Shown here: positions 63,377 through 64,000 of the stretch, piece by piece | Numbering within the stretch: the stretch's first letter is position 1 | Layout: the number at the start of each line of letters is the position of its first letter | NCBI GenBank assembly: GCA_038887515.1 | Contig: JAWAKK010000002.1 | Coordinates: 224,001-288,000, forward strand | Length of the DNA stretch: 64,000 bases | Origin: Candidatus Nezhaarchaeales archaeon | Lineage (GTDB): Archaea > Thermoproteota > Methanomethylicia > Nezhaarchaeales > WYZ-LMO8 | Reading direction: 5' to 3' | Notes under the pieces: generated by a model | Seen by the model: only the letters and a program-made list of their open reading frames with translations | What the model was told of the DNA's origin: nothing | Database searches by the model: none | Program-made: the position numbers and the translations under genes

Positions 63377-64000
63377 TTGATTAGCGAAGAAGAACTAAAC
63401 TGCTTGAGGAAAGCTGGTAGAGCTGCTTCTCAAGCATTAAGGAACGCCATTTATAAAATTCACGAGGGTATGCCATTAATTGAGATTTGTGAGTATGTAG
63501 AAAATTACATAAGGTCCATGGACTGTGAACCCGCGTTTCCCTGCAATATATCGATCAACAGCGTCGCAGCACACTATACATCGCACATAGAGGATACGTC
63601 AGTAATACCTCCCAAGAGCTTAGTGAAAATCGACGTTGGTGCCCATGTAAGCGGCTTTATAGCCGATGTTGCCGCAACGATAGCCTTGTCCGATGAGTAT
63701 GAGCCTCTTGTTCGCGCAGCTGAAAAGGCTCTTCAGATAGCAATAGATAATATAAGACCTGGAGTTAAGGTATCAATTCTGGGCTCTCTAATAGAATCTA
63801 CGATTAAAAGTTTTGGGTTTAAACCCATCAGAAACCTGTCGGGTCACATGCTTAAGCGATATATGTTGCATGGAGAGAAGACCATACCAAACGTACCTAT
63901 AGAAAGCAGAATTTCAATAGAAGCCAACGAAGTTTACGCAGTGGAACCCTTCGCAACAAATGGTATTGGCTTAGTAATGGATTCACCTGATATGTATATA
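63377..64000 (+). CDS. map: Type II methionine aminopeptidase (runs off window end)
   Basis: Manual translation from TTG 63377: PAFPCNISINSVAAHYT, KIDVGAHVSGFIADVA, NLSGH, YAVEPFAT. Confidence 0.93.
   Translation, partial: MISEEELNCLRKAGRAASQALRNAIYKIHEGMPLIEICEYVENYIRSMDCEPAFPCNISINSVAAHYTSHIEDTSVIPPKSLVKIDVGAHVSGFIADVAATIALSDEYEPLVRAAEKALQIAIDNIRPGVKVSILGSLIESTIKSFGFKPIRNLSGHMLKRYMLHGEKTIPNVPIESRISIEANEVYAVEPFATNGIGLVMDSPDMYI

Overview
Chromosomal core region of a thermophilic TACK-type (Thermoproteota-related) archaeon. The lineage call is an inference from the Cren7-like protein, the tRNA-free 16S-23S spacer, a B3-type PolB, TIP49 and very GC-rich rRNA. RNA genes: RNase P RNA, a 16S-23S operon with processing stems, tRNA-Ile(GAT) with a 13-nt intron, tRNA-Ala(CGC), a C/D box sRNA and two candidate H/ACA guides between pheT and tyrS. 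Housekeeping genes: aor (partial), tiaS, valS, aRF1, pyrH, iorAB, GMP synthase B, Rqc2/NEMF, pyrC, ligase, TIP49, thiDN, polB, dnaG, tyrS, pheST, trpS, coaD and map (partial). Surface and DNA-handling genes: a 1394-aa surface glycoprotein, a type IV pilus locus with one in-frame stop and one homopolymer frameshift, a VirB2/CedA1-like gene abutting a RadA paralog, and a membrane HerA/VirB4-like ATPase overlapping an XPD-type helicase. These last loci may form a dispersed DNA uptake-repair system. Other signals worth checking: H/ACA-like hairpins enclosed in long outer stems, enlarged 23S helices at ES9/ES39-like positions, phased A-tracts upstream of a Zn-ribbon Cren7, and a probable ACG start on trpS. 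All calls come from motif recognition only; no searches were run.
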